Origin: Hydrolagus colliei
Lineage: Eukaryota
Direction: 5' to 3'
Length of the DNA stretch: 64,000 bases
Assembly: GCA_035084275.1 (NCBI GenBank)
Contig: CM068749.1
Span: forward strand, 16,306,001 to 16,370,000
Under the pieces are notes generated by a model. It saw only the letters and a program-made list of their open reading frames with translations. It ran no database searches and was not told the origin of the DNA. Below, in pieces: positions 24,504 through 37,673 of the stretch. The translations under genes were made by a program, and so were the position numbers. Numbering within the stretch: position 1 is the first letter of the stretch; each line of letters starts with the position of its first letter.

Positions 24504-25597
24504 AGATAAAAGGACCTATTTCAAACGCAAGAATTATTTAGTTAAAGGGTTTCAAGTAAAGATTTCTTATTTTCTAATGAAATCATTCTGCAGATACTTT
24601 ACCTGTTTGTTTTGTTGCATTTTCTGTTTGTTCTTGTATTGCTTTGGGCTGAACCGAACTATGTAAGCATTTTTAGTTGGAATGCAATATTGCAACAAAG
24701 GAGAAACCTTTCCATTCAGTGCTGCAGTAATATGTGAAAATGTATTTCTTTTAACCTAAATAAACTTTGACTTGCTAAAACCGCAACAGTAACCAAGGAA
24801 ATGAGTTGTAAAAATAAATAGATCACAAGTAGTAGTGAAATAGCAAGCAAAACATACAGAGAGCGATCTGCTGATGTTTATAAAGTAATGAAGTTGCTAT
24901 TGGCTATCAGTTTGCCAAAGCTGTAAAGTAAGTTGTCCCTGGTGAACAACTGAGCAGAGTTTTCCAGATGTCTGTGAGTTATATTATTACAATTCACATT
25001 AGTCAATGGATACATTTCAAATTTGCAGAAATAGTCTTGTAAGTAATTGAATCACACAATTAGATTTACCAGATCACTCACTGCAGCTCAACCAGTCTAC
25101 AGATTTTGACGCTAAATACATTTAGAACAGTGATAGCTCTGTATGATTGTTGTGCTGGTATCATTGTGACACAGATTAGTGTATATATTGTATATAGTAA
25201 TCCTCCCATTTGGTATAGCATCTTATCGCATCGATGAAACCTCTTAAAGCACTTCACAGGATAATACAATGAAGTGTAGTGCAAGTGTATTTGGTAGCAA
25301 GTATCAGGAGAGTGAGCAAGCAGGGTAGATTTCAATGACTAAATATGAAGTAGGACTCATGGCTAAATTATGTATATTGATGCAGCTGCATATTTTATGA
25401 TCAGGATTTTTTTGTGACAGGCATTTTGCAGCAGTGCTTATAACCTGAAGCCTGCATTGCTAAGTTTCAACGCAAAAATATTTTCCAGTGTGAAGGGATG
25501 TGCAGTTATTGACTAAATAATGGAAACCATATACTAGGCAGTAAAGTTTATTCTTTAACAGGTAAGTGACTGCCAGACAAATCTCCACTTCTAATAA

Positions 25598-25705
25598 GAA
25601 TAATAATCCTTGCATTTGTTATAGCGCTTTATTGCGTCTTTGAATGTCTCAAAGCGCTTCAGAAAATATACTGTAAACTGAATTGATTGTATGTTATGGG
25701 CAAAA
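25598..25705 (-). mobile_element. 5'-truncated SINE tail
   Basis: aataataatccttgcatttgttatagcgctttattgcgtctttgaatgtctcaaagcgcttcag. Further tails of this type at about 25195, 28560, 34060 and 52680. Confidence 0.8.
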
Positions 25706-28700
25706 ATGCTATTTAATTGTGGAGTTCTCAAGCCACATCTAATAGTACCTTAAAATTGATCGTTCCTAGACTTTGACTGGTTAGGCACACAACTTTGTGA
25801 TATATTATTCATTGGGGGAGGTATTAGCAGCTGCGTTACCTTGCATGAGAACCTGGTAGTTCTCTAGAATTCTAATGCACAAACATGGAAGCAAATCAGA
25901 AATTGGTTTAAACCAAAGTAACGAATGCTTACAGCAACTCAATGGCTTGAGACAGGATGGGAAGCATGTCATGTTGGTATTTATGCCAACGTACGATTAA
26001 GGCTTCCAATTAAGATCATGAAGAAAGTCTTCCCTTCCTCAGTTAGCTCTTCGGTTACTTAAGGTATTTAAATGCACCCTTGATAAAGAAGTATGTTAAT
26101 GTACATAGAAAAATGCATAGAGAAACCAGCTGGTATAAAATCATTATTTCAGGTTCATTGCAGACCTGATCCAAAGGATTTCATTCTTAAACTGTTTTGC
26201 AGTTTAGCAATAATATTTTTTGGTACTTGCAGCAAGGTTATGAACCAAGGCTGAAGCACTTGGAGAGTTGATTGGTAACTCAATATTTAAAATGTGTCAA
26301 CTCAGCTACTCCTTTAACTCATTTTGGTAAGAGCACAGCATTCTACAAACTTCAAACATCATGCATTTTCGACCGTGTTTTAATGGTTCTTGCTATTTGC
26401 CGCACACCAAACGTTTAGTTTTTTAACTGAAGAGGTTTACTTAGCTTATTTGGAGGAGTAGTGTTAAACTAAATGCAATGAGATAGCTCAGCAACTATCA
26501 GAGGAAAATGCATTTCAGTGTAAAATGCTGCTCAAAACATGTCACAAATCCTTTTTAATGCACCTTGTTACCTGTGTTGAATAATTGTGAGTGAAAAATC
26601 CAGGAGTTTTCCCACTGTTTACTTGGGCAATAATTCAATTCTGCCCAAATTACCAACAGTTCCAATTTCCTCATTTCTGATCCCAGTGGTAACCATCACG
26701 GACCATTAATGTACAGCTCTGTGTATCATTAGCATTGCACAAACCAAGCCCTGAGAACAATGGTGTCATTGGCTTGCCTTCACGCAAGAGAACATTCGTG
26801 CATGACTATTGGGTGCTAACTAAGTGGATTTATTGCTCCGTTACCACCTAAAACACAATTGTTGGCAGCTATGGGGAACTCTTCCCCAGCATGCTAACAT
26901 CTTGAAAACATAACTTCACAAAACTCCTGTACTGTATGCCTGGTCTTTACTGCTCTACATCTCTGTTGTTGCACTTTGGCTTCTCTGTTGTAACTCTTTA
27001 TGTCACCAATTGATTTGTGCTTCGCAGGGTCTCTTATGAATGCTCTTTCTACCCTTTACTGTCTATCTTTAAGGGAGTACGTCATTTAATGGTTTAAGGA
27101 TATCTTGTAACAATCAGGAATTTTATTCGAAACCTACTTCTGTTTAAATGATTCCGATGCTTATTATTTCACAGAGCAAAATGAAGTAATTTTGGTCAAG
27201 CTATTTCTCACCTCAGTAGAAACTAATGGTGGAGGGAGGGGGAGAGAAACATCTAATTTAGTTGTTCCTTTCAACCGATAGAGTGCAATTGTGCATATAC
27301 AGCACTTAGGCTTCTACATTCATAATGTCTGTGCCTGGAGCTACTTATAACAACAATTGTGTGGGGACATTGCAAAGTACTTGTTTATTACCTGATGGTT
27401 CTGTGCCAGTATACAGTTCCCCTTAGAGAGTTCAGTTAAGAAAGGGGTACTGTTGTGCTCTGAGGATGAGTGTATCAATTATCACTGCAGAATTGATAGC
27501 CTGATCAGAGAGAGTGGGAAGTGCATTTTGCTATGATGATCTCAAATGAACTAAACAAGATTTGTCACATCTCCCTAGTTGTACAATAGAAAAGACAGCG
27601 TGGAAACCTTGCAGACCAGCTGTTGAGATCAAACTTCTATTTTCAGGTACAGCTATGGCATGCAAGTGTCACATTGCCTGCTAAAGAACCAGAGCAGTAA
27701 CTCCAACTGTGTAGATTATAAGGACGCAACAACTCAAAAAGAGCTGCCTGCCATCTATCTTATTTTTCATTCCACCCCATTCCAATCCACTTTGGGAAAA
27801 TAAATACTTTAAACAATCCTGTTTTAAGATTTATGGAAAGAAAACCAGAATTGGATCACGTGTTTTGGAAATAATCCCCTTTAACAAATATCTGCATAGT
27901 TTTTTTGGGACAAGCAAGCCAACCTCACTTAAATTTGAAATGTATTTTAAAGGTCATTCATGGAGAACTGTAAGGGCACTTATTGCAGTTATGTGTCTCA
28001 CGGTCAATTTTGCCCCAAATTGTACTTTCATTGAGAATTATAATTTACACATAGAGATGATTTAGGAAAAGACTGTGTAATGTGAAGTGCAAGCATGCTG
28101 GGTTCCACTTCTTTTCTTGGATGAAAGCATGTACAGTGCATCACAAAAATTGTACACAATCAATCTATATTTTTAAAATAAGAAATAATATACCAAACAC
28201 ACACAGACATATTAGGAATGCATTAAATTGAGCAGGTGTTTGCTTCAATCTGATACCTCCTTTAACCCATCATTCCCTTTCAAGCTTAATTTGAAACTTG
28301 GGAATTTGTATTTAAATAGAATTATTTTTTCCCAGGTACTGTTGGAGATTATTACAATTTTAAGTAGCACCTTTGGCATTTAACAAAAACAATCAGAAGC
28401 GATTACGTATTATCATAATGCAGCACTAAATTCTACTCTGCTTGTGCAGAAACCTTAACACTTCAAACACCATAAACATTCCAACACCTTTCTCTCTATA
28501 TACAAATGAGTATGTATTGTGTGTTAGTACGTGATTCTTCATGTTTATTTTCACGTTTCATATCTTCATGTTTATTATATAAGGTGCGATATCAAATGTG
28601 AGGATTCTTCTTATTATTATCATTATTAATGATAATCAGAGTATATATCCGAATGTGTTCTTGGCTTGGCGGGTGAGAAAATTTCCAGAAGTATTAATTC

Positions 28701-29611
28701 ATTCATCACAATCAATCAGCAAGCTCTGTATTGACATCCAGTGATCCACTGGGATGAAAACAACTCAACCAGATCACCTAAAATAAAGCATATGTGTGAG
28801 TGCAGCCCACTGATGCAACAAACAATAAAAAGCTCAACACAACGCTGTCACAATGTAGACAGGTTCAAAAAAACCACATAACAAAGAACCTACAAAGCTC
28901 AGGATAATACAATGGATCCATCCCTAAAATTATTAACAATAGAAATGCGTAGTTTAGCTCAGGCATCCTTTGCCAGCCTTCAGAATTTCAGTGTCCCAAC
29001 CATATCAAGACTGGCAATGATTGCAATATATATATTTTTAAATACTTAATTATTACATTTCTCAAAGGAGGAGGATGACAAATGGTTGAGCTTTGTACAA
29101 ACCTCACACCCAACTGGGTATCAACTCTTATCTTCTGGCAGAGACCAAGTGTTAAACAGACTATGTAAAAAAGGAATTAATAGTTCCCATAAGATTTGAT
29201 GGACAAGATTTGATGGATAATTTTCTCCATCATGGCAATTTCTTCTGCCCTTTTGATCCATTGTGGTAGACATTGAAAACATATGTAAATGGACAAGCTT
29301 CCAAAGTATGTAACAGGCAACTGTGATACTTTAACTAGTTGAACCGTTATCTTAGATTCTTTGTGTCTTTCACTTCATCTCCATGCACATTAGCTGCCAC
29401 CTATTACAAAGTTAGATTAACATCTCTATCACCGTAGGAGCCATTATAAAACTGTGCACAGTAATGAGATTTAGTTGCTGGAGGAACAATCCAGCCTATT
29501 CCGAAAAGGCTTATTACCTGTTGTTTTTGCAAGGATGGTTCATTAAAAGTGCAATAATTAGTCCGAATAATTTAAACAATCACTCACATATAGGAGCTAC
29601 TTAACCTACAC

Positions 29612-29675
29612 TGGAAGGATGAGATCAAATGGGCCGAAGAGCTTTATTTATCTGAGCGTCTTGTGATCTTGTGTG
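29612..29675 (+). mobile_element. CR1 3'UTR tip
   Basis: ggaaggatgagatcaaatgggccgaagagc...cttgtgatcttgtg, the same terminus as at 8915-8972. Confidence 0.65.
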
Positions 29676-32664
29676 AACCATACCAGGAATGTGTTACCAT
29701 TGCTCCACATGAAATTCAGAGTATTTCATTTCATGCCCTAACCCCCAACTGCAGCAGTTATGCTGAGTGACAAGAATTAAGCAAAACTAAACTAAAGTGT
29801 GTCTCATTGAGGTCATTAGCTCTGTTGCAGGGAGTTTTTTTTAATCATTGTGTAGATTATTGCAGCATGTTGAAATCATTGATGACTGCATTTAACAAAG
29901 GTAACTCCATTCACAAAGGGAACTTGTACACTGCCATCGGCTGCCCAGTGCCACCTACTATATCAGTGCTCAATTTCATCATTATAAATCACTCTATTCT
30001 TGTTTATTTTTATTCAGCAATATTATTTTGTTTATTGCATCTGGTCTCATTCACAAGAATTAGTAAAAAAAAATCAACAATCTGATCAAACTGTCATTAC
30101 AATAAATTTCTGCATTGCACAGATTGAATCTCGATCACATCGCTTGGAGTGTTAACACGTATGAGTGCTCTGCTGTGTGACAATCGACAGCAAAACTTCA
30201 GCACATGTGAGACAAATCAGATTGTGAAGGTTCTTTGAACAGAGAGAACATGTTGTTCACGTGTTACACCTCCTCTCAGTGTACCTATGGCACAAAGCAC
30301 AAAAGTATACTTCAGAATTCAAAGTTTTGGGTATTCTCTTTTCAAAAGAAACAGAAAGGTTCAATAGCAATGAACGATGCTAAGCAATCAAAACAGTCAG
30401 ATCCAGATGAGTTGGGGACAGCTTTGAAATGTTTGGAATAAAAGATAGATGCCACGGCTTATAACATGAAGTGCTTTGTGTGACTTTGGCGAGGGTGGAA
30501 CTACTCCAAAAGAACTGTGAAGTGATTTGTGCTTGGCCAAGAAATGAGGTGGAAATTATTGTCATCAGAATTGTGCGCTCTTACATGGCACAGATGGAAC
30601 GACTCAGTATATGATTTTACCTATACTCGGGGCATGTGGGTAATGACTGAAATTAGAGTTTGCCTTCCACTAGAATCTGTCTTTGGGAAATGTTGACACA
30701 CTTAACATTAACAAATTGGAAATTGACTTCCCAATGTACTCATTATAGGCAGGATTCAAAATTAAGCTGCTAGACCACCAGACAGCAGGATGTGGATATG
30801 ATAAATATCATTGGTCGAAAGCAACTAATTTGAAATGTGTTATACCCAAACTGAGATGCTGATGCATATATAAATAGAGATTATCGCTGGCATTAAAAAA
30901 AACTACCATTGTTTTGCACCAGTTTCTTTTATGTTATCAGCCTCTTAATCGAATTCACAGTGGGGGTGGGAACATCTGTTCGTCTCCTCTAATATCACTG
31001 TTGCCAGTTTCCCATCACATCCCTTGAAGTAAGTGGCATCATTTTTTAAATATTAAATAATTACAGTGAATCATTATGAATATTTAGCAACCTTTTTATT
31101 TCTAAATTGCAAATAGTTTTGCTTCAATGGTCAATGCTCCCTGCCATTCCCAGAGAATGTCTGGAACTGGGAAAGGATTCCAGGGAGAGGATTTCACCAG
31201 GAAAATCATTTGTCATTCTATATTATTTGCAGGTACTTCATATCGGTTCATCCTCGGCTGTTAAAATGAATCATTTTCAATACTGTCACCGAATAAGTCA
31301 GTTCTACAGTAACTTTAGCAACTACACATTATTCAACATGGTTAGTGGGACTCTGTTTACACTTTGGTACAGATACATAAAACTCTCCTCACTCCTCACT
31401 CAGCCAAATTATGATTTTGGATTAGTAAGATTAAGTATAAATCAAGCTTCTCGCTCAGGAATGCTTTATTTCTGAAAGGAATCAACCCCAACTTAGAGAC
31501 ATGTCAGAAAAAGGAAAGCCTCACATATTAGACTCCAGCAAGATCTCTAGCAAAACTAATATTTATTATGTTTGTAATTGAAGTTGTTAAGTGAGCAGAG
31601 CAACCTCTTGGCAGTCTGGCTGGTCCATTTGATAACTATTGGGTTCAATCACCAAAGCAGCATTAATTCAGAGCCCTGCATATGGAACCACCTGGTTCTG
31701 TTTTCTGAGCAGATTGCAATAACAATATCTTGCTTCATTTCCAAATGATCCAAACAGACTGGAAAGGTGTAAATGGTTGAACAACCATTACTCACGGTAC
31801 AGTTGCCCAACTAGGAATTAAGAGCCATAATCTGGTTATATTGCTAATGCAATTATCATGAATTGCTGTGATATCTAACTTTAACCTTTATATTGACTTT
31901 GGGTTTTGAATTGCCCTTTCCTTTTCACCCCCCATCCACAGCATTAAATCTTCCACATTCATCCTGATGTCCTAAATCATGGGTTGTTCTTCAGCTGTTG
32001 TTGATACTATTTCTTACTAACTAACTGAAGGTGTTGTTTTTTTTTCAACCTGTCTCAAGTGGAATATTGTGCAATCCAGAAATATTCTCACTTTGTCCCA
32101 TGGGCATCAACTGCGGAGGGTGGCATTCAAATACTTGGTTTCTGAATAAGCATCCTGTCCTCAGCCATTGAAATCACTGTCAGGCCTAAATAATGCTGTT
32201 GGGTGATTAGTAGTGACTTAATTTGTAAATCTAAGTGATCCTGTACTGTCAATTATTTTGAGTTTATTTGCATTTGTTTGAATTTAGCACATGTTGGACT
32301 CTTCCTGTCCATTATCATTTTCCTGTTTCACCTCCAGTGGTTTTTCAAGAAATCTATTTTCAATTTTCCAGTGTTACCTTTCTGCCACTATGATGGATGC
32401 TCAAATCTAATTTGTGGTATTTCTTATCCGGGAATGCAAATGACACCAATTGAGATTCCTTCCACTAGCCGTAGATGCGTCAGGCCAATTAGCAAGCTAC
32501 TTCCGGAGTGGAGTTCCCAAAGGGCAAATCGAATACTAACAGGATTCCTTATTAAGATTCCCATTAAGAAATCCCCAAACTATACCCCATTGTCTAACAT
32601 CAGTGACTGGATTTCAGCGGCAACATTTGAGTTTCCCTTATTTTAATGTCTGTTTTTAATATAT

Positions 32665-32908
32665 ATCCTACCCTTTGGAACTCCATCCTATGGTCCCTCC
32701 ACCTGCCCCTTCCCTTCCTCCTTCAAGATCCATCTCAAGACCCTCCTCTTCGACCGTACCTTCAGTCACGCTCCTACCCTTATCCCCCCGCCCTCCATCC
32801 CTCCTTATCCCAAACACCAGCTCAGGTGTGGATCCCTGACTGTCCAGTGTCTTGGAACATCCTCCTGACGTGAAAGGCACAATAGAAATTACCTTTTTGG
32901 TTGTTGCT
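32665..32908 (+). mobile_element. L2 3' end
   Basis: PTLWNSI, SSFKIHLKTLLFDRTF, C-rich 3'UTR, tail ttggaacatcctcctgacgtgaaaggcac...ttgttg. Confidence 0.85.
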
Positions 32909-33361
32909 GATTCTGTACAGTTGGGAAATCCCTGGTGATTTTCTGACAAGGATCTGGTCAATTATGGGGAATTATTTTGGGGTATCCTAAGTAGAATAGG
33001 GCATGGCATTAAATGTTTGATAGTTTTGTAGTGGGAAAAAATTTCCTACTGTTATCCTGCTATTCATTTTCATATGACTATATTCTATTCAAATGCAACA
33101 ACTTGCATTTGTACAGCGCCCTCCATGCTGGGCGACATCTCAGATCGCTTAAATGTAGACTCAACTTTGGCAGTGCACACATTAACCTTAAGTTATGGGT
33201 CTTTAAAGCCAAATGCTTAAGATTCCAAAACATTCATCCCTAATAAGTTATTTCTACTAACAAATCGGAGTCCAGACGAAACATAAGCCCTTAACTGTGC
33301 ATATCCAGCTGGCTAGCTATGCAGTTAGCATTTTCTTTCTTCCCCAAACCAGGGTTCTCTG

Positions 33362-33785
33362 TAGGATCTGGACAAATAAAGTAGATAACAGATGGAATTT
33401 AATGTGGATAAATGTTGAATACTAAGCATCAGTACGTGAAACATGTGTACACATAGCTGGGTGCCTGTTGGCAAAGGTTAAAACAAAGAAAAACAGTCAG
33501 TTGCGATACTTAAAGTATCCAATCAGTGTGAGAATCATCCTGAGGGAATTTGATTATAAGTCGAATCAGGTCAACTTCATCCTGTGTAACTCATTTGTAT
33601 GCTGTATCATGAATCCTAGGTGCAATTTTGAGAACTTTATCTTGAAAAGAGCACTGATGTATTGGAGAGGATTCACTGGGCTGAAAGGATGATTTTGAGC
33701 CTTAAGGTTGTGAGGAAAGACTGATAGAATTGAAATTATTATTACTGGAAAATAAAGATTAAGGGGGTTATTAGACATTGCTTCA
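33362..33785 (+). mobile_element. Ancient CR1 RT-distal fragment
   Basis: Degenerate DLDK, QMEFNVDKC, ILREFDYKS, VQF, DVLER motifs in CR1 order. Confidence 0.65.
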
Positions 33786-34569
33786 AAAACATGGATAATG
33801 GGAATATAGTATAAGTAAATTTGACCCTATCCTGTAATTGAAAATGTGGCTAGACTAGCAACTGGAAGATGTGCACGGATCCTCTACAGGCTACTCATCA
33901 GTCCTGGAATCTCTCAATGATAACTTACTTCTGAATTATTTTGGAAAAAGTAAGCACTCTGAAGTTTTGTACAACATTTTTATCAGATTATCTGATTTGT
34001 ATAAATATTTTTTATTAATTGTAATAATCTTATTATGGTCATTCAATCCATGACCGTTAGTGAGGCACTGCTCAATGAGGTGATAAGGCGCCATATTAAG
34101 GTGAAGGATTATTATTAATTCAGACCAGTTTTCTCACCTTCTCGTGTTGTGTTTCTGAAAGTGAAGACCCAAAACTACATTTGTTTTGCAACTTAGTTTG
34201 TGTTATCGATGAAACATTTCCCTAAACTTAAGACATCATTCATTTTTCTTCAACCTTGACTAAGATGTTCTTGAATTGTTTAATTTATGTCTGCTCCAAA
34301 GTGTCAGACTGACTTAGCTGGTAGCAATCTCACTTCTGAATCGGAGGACTTTAAGTTTGTAGGTTAGACTGGCAATGCATTGCTGGGGTAGTACTAAATT
34401 GTTGGAGGAGTAATTATTTGGTTAATCCAAAGCAAAACCTCCTGGATAAATAAAACAGACCTCTCTATGGGCATAAGGTGCAGCAGATAGTTGTGACAAC
34501 ATACAGGTTGTTCTGATTTTACAGTATGTTCTGGTTTTACAGTATTCCTTTCTAATTCTTTTTGCCAAC

Positions 34570-34670
34570 AAATACACAGTCAATTCACTTTATAGTATAT
34601 TCTGTGAAGCACTTTGAGATGTCTAGAAGATGTGAAAAGCACTATATCAAATGCAAGGATTATTATCATT
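34570..34670 (+). mobile_element. 5'-truncated SINE tail
   Basis: acagtcaattcactttatagtatattctgtgaagcactttgagatgtctagaagatgtgaaaagcactatatcaaatgcaaggattatt. Confidence 0.85.
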
Positions 34671-36612
34671 AATATTTTTGCCTTGTAATTACTCGCAATA
34701 AAATCCATAAAAAGGAGTTAGTCTGTTCAGATTCCTGTAATTATCAGATCTGGTGTATTTTCCTTCTACAAACCATTTAATTCTGTGAGTAAATTAATGC
34801 CATTTTCTAAATACAAAATATTAACTTCTAAATTTAATGGGTACATTATGCTTGGAACATGGCAGGAACATTAAACCACTATGTTTTGTATATATACAAA
34901 CACTTTTTTTTCTGGGTAAAGAACTTTTATTTTGCATCAATATCTTACATCCTGTGTTTGACACTTTATGGTGGTAAAATCCAGCTCTTTGGTCTCTGGA
35001 GATATCAACAAAATCCCCTCGATTTTACAGACAGATGCTCTCTCGGCGTGTCGGATAGAAGCAACAAACCTGCCAATGATTTACTATTGTTTTCACACTG
35101 CAAAAAACTCTACTGACAAACTAAGCCGCTGAACAAATATGACAAGTCCTTGACATTTTGTTTCAGCCTTTCTGGGAAACAAAGTGAACAATATTGTAAA
35201 GAAGATGCATGATTATTTTTTCTCATCACATCAACCCTTTTGAAACACCTTTTTGGCAGCAAGCAGTAATTAATCCGACTTCGGCCTGTGCTCTTCTTTC
35301 CCCCTATATTAGCTGTGCTCTTTTAGCTGTCAAAGGGGGAGATGTTTTCTCCATCTGGTACAATCATTTCCCTTTATCCCTCACCAACCGGTGATAAGTA
35401 ATGAGACGTTAAACAAAACACCTACCGGGCGAGAATATTTTCAGCTGTTTCCCACTTTGTCACCAAATAGGTCTGAATGAAATGCCATTGTCTGCTTTGT
35501 TACCCCCGACGTACTGAAGTGCTCTTAAATGCCACAGAATGCCGTCAGTGCAGAATTGTTGTGAGTTTGTATTATGCAGCTTTTCTCATTAATTATGGCT
35601 TAAATTGCTAACATTGAGAAATCAAACCACTGAATTAAGTAATTAATAATGTAACATAAAATAATTTCTAAAAGTAATGAAGCAATGCAAATAATTTGCA
35701 ATGTGCCTTCCCTTCTAATTTGAATACTTCTTATTTCTATGTTGCAGCTACTTTAAACCATTGAACAAGGCAATAAACAGGTGGGTATCGGGAAACAAAA
35801 CAGGGCTCTATATTCACAGAGGGATGGGAGTGGAGAGTGTGGAATGTTGTTTGTTAAAGGAGAAAGACAGACAGAGGTGAATATTCTGCAGCTTTGACTT
35901 GGCATCTTTGTGGATCGGGGAGTTTCTGTGCAGGAACTTTGCAGGTTGGGCTGACTCCACAATGGAGTAGATTTTACCTACTTTGTGGTTAGACTCAGGA
36001 TGGCCTGAACACCCGTTTGTATTCCACGCTCTGTTACACCCTTCATACTATATGAATTCATGCATAAAATGCAGAAATTATTAACATGCTTTACATTTCT
36101 CTCCCGTCTGACTTCAAGCTAATTTTTCATTCTACTATAGATGGATTGTAAAGCTCCAGACCTTACATTGCAGTTTCATAGGACTTCGATTTAAAGGGGG
36201 ATAAAAAAAAAATCAAATTGCTTTGAAGCCGTGTAAACAGTTTCATAATAGTGTACCTTGAGATTTTGCCAGGCTGGTGATTAAAAATGTTGATAGAAGT
36301 TTTTTTTCTGAAAAAAAGTATTGCTGGTTTCCCAGGTGTTCATTTACAAGAACAGCTGTATATATCCTTGCCAGTGACGTGACTTGCCTGACAGCAAAAC
36401 ATGGGTTTTCAGGAACATGTACCAAACTGCATCAGTGGCCATATCCTCTGAAGAAATGTCAACAGTAGCCATTACAATTACCGAGGGAGGTTGGAAAAAT
36501 AAATGTCCCTAGTCCCTTTTAGGTAAGGGTAGCAATGGATTTTCAAAATATACCCCCTGCTCTACCAGCCTAGCAGAAGTGGGGAGCAGTTCCTACTTAT
36601 AGTAGTATAATA

Positions 36613-36935
36613 CAATAGAAGCCTGGTTATCCATGACTCGATGAACCGGCACTTCCATATAACCGGCACGCCGAAAAAAAAGGCCCCATTCGATAAACCG
36701 GAACTTATCCAGAACAATAGCGGTGGAGCATTTGGAAATGCATAAATAATAACATAATAACAGAATATTGTATTGGTACTGTATTTATTGTTAAAACTAC
36801 TCTCTTGCGCTTCTCACCTTTGCTGGTAGATGCTGCGCTTGAAGCCATGATGCTGCAGTTGAGGTTTATAGTCCAGCGATTCTTTTTAAAATGGAGCACG
36901 CCAAGCCGGTGAAAAAAACGGAGCGCGACTTTAAA
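36613..36935 (-). mobile_element. Truncated Tigger/pogo-derived element retaining a Jerky-like transposase N-terminus
   Basis: TA|CAATAGAAGCCTGGTTATCC terminus with (T)AACCGG subterminal repeats; minus strand 36848-36786 encodes MASSAASTSKGEKRKRVVLTI. The second TIR was not found. Confidence 0.75.
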
Positions 36936-36939
36936 GCCA

Positions 36940-37673
36940 TTATGTGCATTATCACATCATTGTGAGGTCTCAAAGTGCGTCACAGAATACAGTAAAACCT
37001 TCGTTATCCAGCACCCTCGGGACCTGACCATTGCCAGTTAATTAAATATGCCGGATAATCAAGCAGCAAGTTGCCAAAAATCCTACACAATAAATTAACT
37101 TATTTTAAAACAAATCATATTAATAATAACTAAATAATAAAAGAATATTGTATGGATACTAACCAACAAAGCATTCCAGCACACTTGGTAAAATGATCAG
37201 TAAAAAAAAGCATTCCAGTGTTCGGTAAGTTTAATAAGTGCGCATGCACAAAGTGAGCATACCGCGAGTATCCCAGATCTCCCAATAACTAAATAATAAA
37301 AGATGGTTGAGTATGCCGGTTGGTCGGGTACCAGATAAACAAGGTTTTACTGTACACTGTAAAGTGAATTGACTGTTTGTGGACAAAACACGCACGGCAG
37401 TGTCCCCCAAACATTTGCAGATTGAGACACCAGATTCTTATTAATAATAATAAATAGCCATGGATTGGGTAACCAAACTATTATTGTTTTTTATAAGGCT
37501 GATTATCTCTGGGAAAGTGATCCGCCAATCGACTAATAACTGGGTTCCTACTTACTCTAGGTAAACAGAAGCATGTAGAGTAAGGAAACTTGCCCAACAT
37601 TTTGTCCTGCCGGTTACAGAGCCCAGGTCTCATGCTTGCGAGGTGAGTGCTCTAACCACTGAGCTACAGTACT
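36940..37673 (-). mobile_element. Long variant of the tRNA-derived SINE, split by a MITE
   Basis: Head agtactgtagctcagtggttagagcactcacctcgcaagc, gggcaagtttccttactc, an extra internal block, Deu-type block; tail cacagaata...cactgtaaagtgaattgactg is interrupted at a TA. Confidence 0.85.
36990..37352. mobile_element. Tigger/pogo-type MITE, 363 bp, inserted in the SINE tail
   Basis: TA|CAGTAAAACCTTcgTTATC ... GATAAacAAGGTTTTACTG|TA: 12-bp perfect TIR extending imperfectly, TA TSD; removing it restores a contiguous SINE tail. Confidence 0.92.

Noticed and set aside
27637-27653. Other polyY-AG|GT junctions (27647, 28336, 31232, 51759)
   Set aside because: Donor halves (gtacag, gtactg, gtactt, gtaaac) are weak compared with GTAAGT at 25562.
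29190-29220. Short tandem duplications (also 10800, 28536, 34510, 46617, 46950, 48212)
   Set aside because: Two-unit 10-18 nt duplications typical of replication slippage; no spacer structure, not CRISPR-like.
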